Made by a program: the position numbers and the translations under genes. A stretch of 64,000 nt of DNA from Ylistrum balloti (taxonomy: Eukaryota). Location of the stretch: the NCBI RefSeq assembly GCF_031769215.1, contig NW_026782546.1:62001-126000 (forward strand). The letters are read 5' to 3'. Position 1 is the first letter of the stretch, and each line of letters starts with the position of its first letter. The notes beneath the pieces were generated by a model that had not been told where the DNA came from, made no database searches, and saw only the letters and a list, made by a program, of their open reading frames with translations. This document shows, piece after piece, positions 13,247-23,928 of the stretch.

Positions 13247-16200
13247 TTATGAGTCAACTTTCTTTGGTGTTTTCACACGTTTGCCAGATCGAGTAACACG
13301 CACTGGAGGCTTTACAGTTATAGCTGGGTTTGGAGTCCCACTATTACTAGGGTCAATTGTTCTCTGGGTGGATTCTGGTTCAGGTTGACACAGCTCATCA
13401 TTCATATTCGGCTCGATTTTTACGGGTTCATCTAGTTCCTGATCAAATTTTGACGGTCTTAGGAATTTTCTGTTTCTACGGTATAGGCGGGTGCCACTAG
13501 ATACAATGTACGAGCGCGGTTTTGAGTGTTTCTCAATCACTGTGCCTGGATTCCATTTAGCTGATTTACCAGATTGTGTTGGACTAACGCGTACGGGTTC
13601 TCCTACACTAAGAGAAGGCAACTCTTTTACTCCTCTACGATGAAATTTTTGCTTCTGTTTCTCTTTATCAAAATGTTTCTTAACCAGGTTTGTGTTGTGA
13701 TTTGGTTTGAGTAAATCATTGGATGTCGGCAAGATGTTTCTTGGTCGTCTACCCATGAGTAACTGTGATGGAGACATGTTAATGCCTTCAAGTGGTGTGG
13801 TACGGTAATCAAGTAGACACATCTGTTTGTCTTCGTTTTTACGCCAAAGATGTTTTACTATTTGTTTCACACGCTCTGCTTCACCGTTTGAGCTCTGAAA
13901 GTGCGGGCTAGCTGTTTCAGATTCAATTCCTATTGACGCACAGAATTTCTTAAACTCATTAGAACTAAACTGTGGTCCATTGTCTGATCTTAGCTTCACT
14001 GGAATACCATGACATGCAAATATTGGTTTTAATGCTTCGATTATTGCTTTGGCATTTTCGAATTGAAGTGGAGCTACGTCAATGTACTTTGAATAATAGT
14101 CTACAACAAGTAGGTATTTCTTTGACTCAAAATCAAATATATCACATCCAACAAAACTAAATTGCAGATCAGGGGTAGGAGTTGGTTTTAGTGGTTCCGC
14201 TGGCTGTTGTTTTTGGTATTCATTACACTGTGTGCAGTTACTGACCATTGAGTCTATGTCACTGTTCATACATGGCCAATACATAACTTCGCGTGCGCGT
14301 TGTTTACATTTTGACATGCCAAGGTGTGATTTGTGAATAAGTTCCAGCATGTTCCCTAGAAGACTCGGGGGTATTACTAGTCTTAGGCCTTTGTAGATTA
14401 TCCCATCTAGCACAGATAACTGGTCCCTCGAGTCCCAGTAGGGTCTTACTTCTACCGGAGTTTCACTTCGTGTGTCTGGCCACCCATCTATTATGACTTT
14501 GTACAGTGCTGATAGCTCAGTTTGAGTTGCACTTTTTATTTCTGCATATTTGTCATTACTGACGGACAGCATGTTTATCATGTCTTCTTGCCTATCAAAC
14601 TCAGAATGCTGATTTTCTGTCTGAAGGAATGCTCTGGACAGTGCGTCGGACACATGCATTTCTTTGCCTTTCCGGTATATAACTGTAATGTCATACCATT
14701 GTAACCTCATCAGCATTTTCTAAATTCGCATAGGTGCGGACAGTAGTGATTTCTTAAACAGTTGTTCTAGTGGTTTGTGGTCATTATAAACATTGACTTC
14801 TTTGCCATATATATATAGGTGAAACTTCGTTGCACTGAATACGATGGACAACACATTTCTTTCTCAATCTGAGCGTAACGTTTCTCAGTTTCTGTGAGCG
14901 AACGTGAAGCATATGCGATTGCGTGTTCTCCTTGCATTAATACAGCACCAAGTCCGTCTTTGCTGGCATCACATTCAATGTATACAGGTTTGTTTATATC
15001 ATAAAATGCTAGAACTGGTGGGTTGGTACACAAAAGTTTAAGTTCTTGAAAAACTTTCTTGCTGTTCATGTTGCCACGCAAACTCTACGTCAAGAGTGAA
15101 CGCAAAGGAGCGTAAATACTGCTTAAATCTGGCAGAAATTTGGCAAGATATTGGACTAAACCTAGGAAGCAGCGTACCCCTTCTTTGTCAGTAGGTGAAG
15201 GCATCTCTAGTATGGCCCTGACCTTTCCTGCGTCTGGCTGTAGTCCGTGTTCAGTAATCACGTGACCTATATAGTTCACTTTGGGTTGCCTTATTTTGCA
15301 CTTCTCGTTTAGTTTCAGGTTGTACTTTGTTCCACGTTCGACAACTTGCCTCATGATTTTATCATGTTCCTCTAGATCTCTCCCAGCCACAAGTATGTCA
15401 TCTATGATGGCGAATGCACCTTGGATACCTTCCAACATTTGGTCCATGATACGTGGATAGATTTCTGGAGCTGATTTAATTCCAAATGGGAGTCTGAGCC
15501 ACCTGTATCTCCCTAACGGTGTATTGAAGGGAGTCAAGTATGAAGATTCTATGTCAAGTTTAATTTGGAGGAATCCTGATTTTGCATCTAGCACAGAGAA
15601 TACTTTGGCTTTAGAAATGTCTGTACTTGCATCATCAATTGTTTTCATTGGATGGTGTTCCCTCTTTATGGCTTGGCTGAGATCTTTCGGATCTATACAT
15701 ATCCTAACTTTGCCTTTCTGTAGCGATACTACCATAGACCTGACCCACTCAGTAGGTTCATAAGTCCTTGTTATGTATCCATTAGCTTCCATCTCCTTAA
15801 GCTTCTCTATTGCCTTTGGGTTTATTGCTGCAGCCAATTTACGAGCAGGGTGTACAACGCCTTTAATGCTTTTGTCGATCGGGATGCAATACTCTCCAGG
15901 CAGAGTACCAGTGGTTTTGACCAGTTATGGGAACTCACGAGACAGTTCCTCGTGTGCTTCAATTTCATTGGTAATAGAGTCTACATGTATACGTTGCAGT
16001 AATCCTAGGTTTTCAGCTACATCACCACTTATAATGTTTTCCTGACTGATATCTACTACCTCAAAGCTTGTAGTTAATTGTTTCCCTTTAAAGTCTATAG
16101 GGAGTTTAACAGTTCCCAGTGGAGTAATCCTGTGATTGGTGTAAGACTTTAAAGTTCTTCGTGACTTTTCCATCACAAACCCTGTCTTGAGGCTTTGTAG

Positions 16201-17170
16201 CTGTGATGCTAATAGAATGCAGCACTTTGCACCTGTATCAATGCGGATGGGACAAGTTTCCTCTGTACTTCTAGATTTACAAGCCATTTATCATCAATGT
16301 TGTTGACAGGCTGTGTCGTACAAGTATGTATGTCTATTAACATTGTGTCGCCTGGGTCAGAATCCTCCGATTCGTGTATGGCTTTTACATGTCTGAGTCT
16401 TCTCCTGCACATTTTTGTCCAATGGCCAGGTTTTTTTTCACAGTATGAGCACTTCGTATCTTTTGCTGGGCATTTACTTTTATCGTGCAATAACCCACAT
16501 TTGCCACATTCATCATTTTTAGAATCTCTGTTGACATTTGCATTTTGATTCTCAGTGGCTGTTTTATTTTTCTTTGTGACAGGTTTAATTTTGGGTTTTT
16601 GTCTGTGTTTTTGCTGGGTACTCAGACGTAGAACTTCTTCGCCTCTCATTAATTTAAGCTGAGACTTTGATAGTTCATATTGGCGACCAATTTCGATAGC
16701 TTTAGCCATTGTGAGTTTTTGTCCCTGATCAAGGAGACTCTCCTGGACCTTTGTAGATTTCACTCCACTGATTATTAAGTCTATCAAAACATCATCACTG
16801 TCTGTGTAATCACAGTCCATGACTAGTAATTTCAGGTCTTTCACAAAGTTATCAAATGTTTCTGTTTCAGTTTTTTTACGTTGATGCGCTTTGAACCTAG
16901 ATATTCTTTTATTCTTTTTAGGACTTATGTATTCATCCAACTTTGCGAGTATTATATCAGGGTCATCTTCCTCGCCCTCGCCGAAGTTCAACGTCTTGGT
17001 CTTGACCAATCCACATGCCTAACCATCCAGCTTTATCTTTTTTCTCTGATTTAGATAAGGACCTTTAAATGTGAATTCTACGTGTTGCTTAAACCGTCTA
17101 AATTCTTTATATTCATCACTTGCACCCCAGTTCATTTTGGGTTGAGCGAATGCAAGACCTGCATTTTGTT
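13247..17170 (-). pseudogene. Frameshifted gag-pol of the Gypsy element
   Basis: gag at about 17170-16209 (PKMNW...FRRFKQHVEF; twin knuckles CGKCGLLH....C and CSYC....HWTKMC). Protease IDTGA (16287-15925). RT LPFGIKSAPE and IIDDILV (15837-15085). RNase H IECDASKDGLGAVL (15081-14767). Integrase HHCC, DIFD/SDNGPQF/NGEAER and a terminal TRSGK (14716-13247). The domains lie in different frames. Confidence 0.93.
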
Positions 17171-17341
17171 TTACAGCGGGTACGTCCAAAAATATCTATC
17201 AGACACCGAAATCCTGTTGTGTGCTAATACCGCCGTTGGTGTACGGATAAAACACCATGCCCTCGACGTTTAAAATGTCTTTGGGTCTTAATATGTATAC
17301 CTGACAGGAAACGTGTGTTTCTATAGGTCGAATCCAGTCTT

Positions 17342-17352
17342 TTCTGACACCA
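17342..17352 (-). promoter_or_regulatory. Primer-binding site TGGTGTCAGAA (tRNA-Leu type)
   Basis: It directly abuts the 5' LTR and is complementary to ...UUCUGACACCA, the 3' end of metazoan tRNA-Leu(CAA). The tRNA assignment is from recall, not a search. Confidence 0.8.
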
Positions 17353-17423
17353 TGTAACAACAATGTGGTCGTGGACGCTTACATCATTTCCTATCAAGTC
17401 GCTAAGCACATTATGATATTACA
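17353..17423 (-). repeat. 5' LTR (71 bp)
   Basis: Minus strand reads TGTAATATCATAATGTGCTTAGCG...CACATTGTTGTTACA, with terminal TGTAA/TTACA inverted ends. It is immediately followed by the PBS. Confidence 0.93.
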
Positions 17424-17660
17424 GTTATCACAAGTAATTTCATATTGCTTCTTGTTTTAATGTGAGTTAGTTCAGGTATTTCTCCTTTTTCTTCTTCAAC
17501 AAACACTATTATATTTGGCTTGTACAGCAATGGATTGTTCAAATTCCTTACGTAGTTTTCTTGTCTTTGACTTAACTTGGTTCCTTACTCTGCTATATTC
17601 TTTCTTTACTTCTTGATCAGATGTTTCTGCTACTTCATTTTTATTTTTGGATTTGTCAGG
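17424..17660 (-). mobile_element. Upstream continuation of the interrupted CR1-like LINE ORF2
   Basis: Minus-strand translation gives KEYSRVRNQVKSKTRKLRKEFEQSIA...GEIPELTHIKTRSNMKLLVIT. It joins in frame to NEMVTKVLNNLNPNKSPG once the Gypsy element and one TSD are removed. Confidence 0.8.
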
Positions 17661-18974
17661 TAACAAAATGGTTGACAGGAGTCCATCTTGGAAACTGATA
17701 ATGGATTTTTATCATCGTTATTTCTTAACAATTTACTCTTTGTCCATAGCGGTATATTTTCATATAATGAATCTTATGGTCCCTTGTGCCACTTTGATTT
17801 TTGAACTAATCAGAAAAACATGATTGACAGGCGACAATTTTAAATTTTGACTATGAATGTTTGTTATCGCTATTTCTTTTGAAGATCTGGTGGACTTTTT
17901 CTCAACATTCACATACAGTTACTTCTAATGGTATTTTTTTTAAATTTTTAAACTGTCCAGAAAAACTAAATTGCTGATATACGGATATTTTGGATTTTGA
18001 CTATGAAGGTTTGTTACCGCTATATACTTGAGAAGTACTTGACAGATCTTTTATTTAGTTAAAACAATACTTTTATTCAATATTCAACTATTTAACATAT
18101 ACAATTATGATACTTATGGGATAATTTTGAATTAGGGTTCTCTTAATCCCTTATAGTGCCCTTGGACTTTTGAGAGTAATCTGAGAGCAAGATGGTTGAC
18201 AGGCTTCCATCTCATATTCTGAAAACAAAATAAGAAGCGATGACATCCATTTCTGTTCTACCTATATTTAAAGTAAAGTTGACCTAGTTTTTTCAACCAT
18301 TGAAAGTAAAAACTTGAACCCGTACCAAAGGCGATTTTTTTTGTGTGTGAAGACGTGTGCATTTTGGTAAAATTCGGAGAAGCACAGAGCTTTTTTTAGG
18401 GCAATAATGTTTCTATTTACAGAAATAGTACCCTAGCATTTGTCTGCTCAAGGTTGGAAGTCAAACTGGTATAAGAAGTAACGTTTGTGATCATGTGTCT
18501 GGAGTTTCATACCAACCAGTTTAGAAATGCAGCCAGTAGAGAGGTGACTTGTAATTTCCTATTGATTTCTATTTATAGCAAAAGCGACCTAGTTTTTGAC
18601 TGCACAAAGTTCGAAGTCGATTTCATTCGGGAAGTGATGTTTGTGATCATGTGAGTGGAGTTTTGTACTAATCAGTTCAGAAATGCAACATGTAGAGCGG
18701 TGGCGTGAAATATGTCAACTGAAAATGATTTAACTACATGTCAATGGCGTTTCCTCTTCATACTCAGCCTTGTTTGACCTGGATTTCACCGGTTAGCTAC
18801 TTCGCCAGTTTGTTTCGCATTCATAGTGAGTGAAAGGTGTGGGAATTTAGTCTGTTGTATTTTAAGTTGTGCTTAATTGGTTATATTTATATATAGCTTA
18901 TTGGTGACTATTTTGGTACCAAACATATAAGAAATGAACAGTGACATTCTGGGGGTGATGACTTTCTTTCTGGT

Positions 18975-20800
18975 ATTTTTCTCTGTGATTTACCTTGACG
19001 TCCGATTCTCTGTGATTTACCTTTATGTCTTTTTCACTATGATTTACCTTAACATCTTCTTCTCAGTGAATTACCCCTACGTCTTTTCCTTGTAGTTTAT
19101 CCTTACGTGTTTTTCTCTGTGATTTACCCTTATGTCTTTTGGTGAGTAATTGACCTTTACGTCTTTTTCTCTGTGAATAATTTTACGTCTTTTTCTCTAT
19201 GATATATCTTTACGTGTTTTTCTCTATGATATATCTTTACGTCTGTTTGTGTGTAATTTACCTTTACGTCTTTTTCTCTGTGATTATTTTTACGTCTTTT
19301 TCTCTATGATATATCTCTTACGTCTTTTTCTCTGTGATATATCTCTGAGTCTTTTTCTCTATGATATATCTCTTACGTCTTTTTCTCTGTGATATATACA
19401 TCTTTACGTCTTTTTCTCTATGATATATTTCTGAGTCTTTTTCTCTGTGATATATCTTTACGTCTGTTTGTGTGTAATTGACCTTTACGTCCTTTTCTCT
19501 GTGAATAATTTTACGTCTTTTTCTCTGTGATATATCTTTACGTCTTTTTCTCTGTGATATATCTCTGAGTCTTTTTCTCTATGATATATCTCTGAGTCTT
19601 TTTCTCTATGATATATCTCTGAATCTTTTTCTCTGTGATATATCTTTACGTCTTTTTCTCTGTGATATATCTCTAAGTCTTTTTCTCTATGATATATCTT
19701 TACGTCTTTTTCTCTATGATATATCTTAACGTCTTGTTCTCTGTGATATATCTCTGAGTCTTTTTCTCTGTGATACATCTTTACGTCTTTTTCTCTATGA
19801 TATATCTCTGAGTCTTTTACTCTGTGATATATCTTTACGTCTGTTTGTGTGTAATTTACCTTTACGTCCTTTTCTCTGTGAATAATTTTACGTCTTTTTC
19901 TCTGTGATATATCTTTACGTCTTGTTCTCTGTGATATATCTCTGAGTCTTTTTCTCTATGATATATCTCTGAGTCTTTTTCTCTATGATATATCTCTGAG
20001 TCTTTTTCTCTATGATATATCTCTGAGTCTTTTTCTCTATGATATATCTTTACGTCTTTTTCTCTGTGATATATCTTTACGTCTGTTTGTGTGTAATTTA
20101 CCTTTACGTCTTTTTCTCTGTGATTATTTTTTCGTCTTTTTCTCTATGATATATCTCTGAGTCTTTTTCTCTAAGATATATCTCTGAGTCTTTTTCTCTG
20201 TGATATATCTCTGAGTCTTTTTCTCTGTGATATATCTCTGAGTCTTTTTCTCTATGATATATCTCTGAGTCTTTTTCTCTGTAATATATCTTTACGTCTG
20301 TTTGTGTGTAATTTACCTTTACGTCTTTTTCTTTGTTATTTACCTTGACGTCTTTTTCTCTATGAATTACCTTGACGTATTTTTCTTTGTGATTAATCTT
20401 TACCTCTTGTTCTCTGTGAATTACCTGTACGTCTTACCCTAGTAATGTATCCTTATGTATTTCTCTGTGTGATTTACCTTTACGTATTTTTCTTCACTAT
20501 TTACCTTTATGCCTTTTCTCTGTGACATACCTTTACTTTTTTTTCTCTGTGATTAATTCTACGTCTTTTTCTCTGTGATTAATTCTACGTCTTTTTCTCT
20601 ATGATATATCTTTACGTCTTTTTCTCTGTGATATATCTTTACGTCTTTTTCTCTGTGATATATCTTAACGTCTGTTTGTGTGTAATTTACCTTTACGTCT
20701 TTTTCTCTGATTATTTTTTCGTCTATTTCTCTATGATATATCTTTTCGTCTTTTTCTTCTTGATTTACTTTTATGCCGTTTTTCTGTGATTTACCGTAGC
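18975..20800. repeat. 27-bp minisatellite array (about 1.8 kb) with variant units
   Basis: Units are GATATATCTTTACGTCTTTTTCTCT(G/A)T and GATATATCTCTGAGTCTTTTTCTCT(G/A)T. A GTCTGTTTGTGTGTAATT variant recurs six times. The centre is homogeneous and the edges are diverged. Confidence 0.97.
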
Positions 20801-20867
20801 ATTTTTTTCGTTTTTTCTTTTCCTTGTGTCTTTGCCACCACGTGTGACACCGGAGCATTTGTTTTAG

Positions 20868-21031
20868 GTAACCTTAATATCAAATTTTCGAAAACACGGA
20901 GAAACAAAAGAAAGGAAAGATTAGGAGTCATGCTACCTGAAACTAAATATTTACTGACTAAATTCTACAAACCGTATACAACACAACTTGAAGACTTTCT
21001 GGGCGACAGAAAATTCCTCTGGTTTGACTGA
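20868..21031 (+). CDS. CHST15: Last coding exon of a carbohydrate sulfotransferase 15 (GalNAc4S-6ST)-like gene; upstream exons not found in the window
   Basis: Acceptor GTTTTAG|GT at 20867/20868. It encodes (G)NLNIKFSKTRRNKRKERLGVMLPETKYLLTKFYKPYTTQLEDFLGDRKFLWFD*, which resembles the CHST15-type C-terminus (LGPMWPITQKILRDFYRPFNARLAQVLADEAFAW). An HS3ST-type sulfotransferase is not excluded. Confidence 0.68.
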
Positions 21032-21762
21032 GTAGCTAATTTTAAGTTCAAAATTACAATACGTCGTATTATATCAAACTATCGTTCGAATGTTTACATT
21101 ATTTAATCAGTGTGGTTTAAATATTCCATGAGTGAGAGAGAAAACAGGTGAGAGTGTGAGCTAGTTGACCGTTATGTGCATTCTATGTATTCACGTCAAA
21201 GTGATTTTTGTATTGAAATATCGAAAGTGTGATTGCAGAGGAGCCGAGACAAAATAGACTAACGTCTACACGATTGTACGAAAGACGCACAAGCGATTGA
21301 GAAATTTAAATTATGGTCGAAATTAATGTCAAAGACAGATGAACAACTCCAAAACCAAATCAATTTCATAATATTTAATATTGAATTACAAGTGCCACTT
21401 AACAAATGAAATATTACATATTACATAATATTATCATGTATTTAATTATTATTATGTTACTATATAATTAGAGACTGAGGCACATGGGTCGTTGATGGGT
21501 CATCAGTTTCTATCATCATCTATTGTACCACGAAGTAACATCCATAGTGCTAGAACGTGTTATCCAACCGACTAATAAGCAATTCATAAATTAACATAAA
21601 TCTATTACTATTAATGCTAAATAAGACATATCGTTCGTAGAACTTTAAAACATCTCCGTGATACAAGCTGAAATATGTCTTGCCGACAATTTTGTCAATA
21701 ATTTACATGAAGAATTATGCAATCATAACCATGAAGATAATTGTTTCTTTAACTTCAAAACT

Positions 21763-22914
21763 TTAAATGTCACCATCAGTGTACTCGTCGGCAGTTGCAA
21801 TAGGCTGTAAAGATGTGTATTGTTTACCTTGCTTTGAAATAACCCAATATACCACTACAACAGCAAGGCAAGATAAAATCACAGCAACAATGACAACTTC
21901 CCCCCAAAAAAAATATTTACTTTTACGTCCTTTTTCTCTTTTTCTTCTGTTTTCTTCGTTACAATCCCAGTCCTTAAAATGCATAATCTGAGATAAATTA
22001 GTCGGGTTTTTCATCCACTGCAACATTTGTTTAGCAGTTACAATATAAACATCGTTATACTTCAGCATATCCTGTATGGCTCTGTCCATTCCTTCCCTGG
22101 TGTACGGACGGTAAAACCAGGCCATGTGCATATTTATTCCAAATGGCGCTCGATTGCCGTCGTAATACCTCTTAAAGTTATCCATGATGAAGTTGTAAGC
22201 CTCGTCGGTATTATTAGGTTGTTTGTAACAGCCATCAACATAGACGCATACTTGTTCTTTTTTCCATACCACCATATTGACCGGTATCTGCCAAAATCCT
22301 TTATGTTTTTGTTTTGGACATTTCGATAAACCTTGACATCCATAGTCTAATGTAAATGGCCACATATCCCTATCGTCCATATTCAGTTTTCTATGACTTA
22401 ATGAAATATCGTAAGTGTACCCGAGGTTTTGGAGGGCGGTAACTTGAGCATCACCTGCCGTAAATAAATTAGGACTCCTCCAGCCGACAATTTCCTCAAT
22501 AGGGACACCAGCTAATGTAGCAATGTTGTTTCGTTGGTCTCGAGCTTCTTCCATTACTTTTGTGTATGTGTCAATGTTAGTGTGCGACACGCTGTGTACG
22601 GCCACCTCAAATCCACGATCATAGTACTTTTTAACAATATCGTATTTAGTATTTTGATGTGAAATATACAAGGTGGCGCTGATTGGACAACCGTTAGGGT
22701 TATATCGGTTACGTCCGAAGAGAAAATCATAGTGTTGAACACTTTCCGGATTAACGGCATCATCGAATCCAAAAAACACCATTTGAGGGATCTCCTTTCG
22801 ATTCAAGGGATGTTCTAATGTACTACAGAAACAGTCCGGTAGATGACAGTTTACACCTTGGCGACACGATTCAACACCAGACAACACAATAATAAGCATG
22901 AACCACACCACCAT
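21763..22914 (-). CDS. Intronless polysaccharide/chitin deacetylase-like protein (CE4/NodB domain), type I membrane protein, 383 aa
   Basis: Part of ORF 21763-23103. The likely start is Met64 (MVVWFMLIIVLSGVES, signal peptide). CE4 motifs are GFDDAVN, HSVSH, WRSPNL and PFGINMHMAWF, plus NPNGCPISAT and WPFTLDY typical of invertebrate CDAs. The C-terminal TM segment is VVIVAVILSCLAVVVVYWVI. Confidence 0.92.
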   Translation of the reverse strand: MVVWFMLIIVLSGVESCRQGVNCHLPDCFCSTLEHPLNRKEIPQMVFFGFDDAVNPESVQHYDFLFGRNRYNPNGCPISATLYISHQNTKYDIVKKYYDRGFEVAVHSVSHTNIDTYTKVMEEARDQRNNIATLAGVPIEEIVGWRSPNLFTAGDAQVTALQNLGYTYDISLSHRKLNMDDRDMWPFTLDYGCQGLSKCPKQKHKGFWQIPVNMVVWKKEQVCVYVDGCYKQPNNTDEAYNFIMDNFKRYYDGNRAPFGINMHMAWFYRPYTREGMDRAIQDMLKYNDVYIVTAKQMLQWMKNPTNLSQIMHFKDWDCNEENRRKREKGRKSKYFFWGEVVIVAVILSCLAVVVVYWVISKQGKQYTSLQPIATADEYTDGDI

Positions 22915-23918
22915 GTTGGGTTGTGCTTTTGTTACAGTTAAGTGTCGTATCTTAGAGTAACTTGTGTTCCGATTAACTGCAAGTTGTTTTCGGTTGTAAC
23001 AATGGTAGTACTGAAGTGGGCCGGAACTCTCATTTCGCTGCTTGAACCTTAATGTCTGGAAGCAAGTAATGACGCATTCCGTACCCTTAGGTGAATAATG
23101 CATTTATTTAATGATAGGAAGAGATAGATATCATATCAGTCTTGCATTCTTGCGGTCAACTTGTCTTGCAATCATACGTTCCGGTTAATGGAAACGGAAA
23201 TTGAACATTGTAGTTAATTTGTGTTTATGCAATTGATGATAAAATCAAGTGTCAAGTACAAACTGATGTATATGAATCCATATATCTACCTATGTCCATT
23301 TATTGATATTAAGTAAAGCATGGACATGGAACGAATATGACTATTTCAAGGCCACAGCCAATAACTGATGTATATGAATTTGTAAATTCAGAAATGTAAT
23401 ATCAATTTCATAATAAATGCGGTTACCAAACTGATATAATATTTTAAGTGAAACGTGAGAAACGTAGATCTGTTTTTTTAATCTCACACGATCGATTTAC
23501 AGTTCTTGTCGGTTTGATCATACGTTTTTCATGTATTAACATGTCTAAATTTGAATCAGCCATATACATCTAATCGTTTATCTAAAGTTTATGTAAAATG
23601 ACGATATTTATACTCCATATCATTCAGTTTAATAATATGGAGTCGAGATTAAAGGCGTAATGATTGAATACACTATTTGCTTTATATGCAGCATATTCCA
23701 GGAAAGAATGTCCTTCTGAATGAAATTAATTCTGTTGTTTTGTCTTAGGATTTTTTTTTTTTTTTTTTTGTCAACACAATCATAGGAACAAAAGACAAAT
23801 TAACATTGAGACGAATGAAAAAGTTGAAAAATATGGCCAGGCATTCCGGAAAGTAAAGCATCTTCTGCTTTGTCGAAGACAATCGCCATATAAATCATAG
23901 TCAAACCAGGTGAGAAAT

Positions 23919-23928
23919 GTCACGTGAC
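23919..23928. promoter_or_regulatory. Perfect GTCACGTGAC palindrome (CLEAR/USF-type E-box) upstream of the deacetylase
   Basis: Exact 10-bp match about 1 kb 5' of the predicted start. Function is not shown. Confidence 0.3.

Larger units (their letters stand above)
12833..17423 (-). mobile_element. Full-length Ty3/Gypsy LTR retrotransposon, Mag-clade-like, 4591 bp
   Basis: 71-bp LTRs at 12833-12903 and 17353-17423 (TG...CA, 4 mismatches). TSD GTTAT at 12828-12832 and 17424-17428. PBS at 17342-17352, PPT at 12904-12916. Domain order is gag-PR-RT-RH-IN. Confidence 0.96.

Noticed and set aside
19485-20858. ORFs 19485-19778, 20559-20858 and 20601-20789 as genes
   Set aside because: They are by-products of the 27-bp array, with frame-breaking units and no gene structure.
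22915-23103. First 63 codons of the 446-aa ORF as part of the deacetylase
   Set aside because: A signal-peptide-like segment begins at Met64 (22914). The upstream stretch looks like an open 5' UTR.
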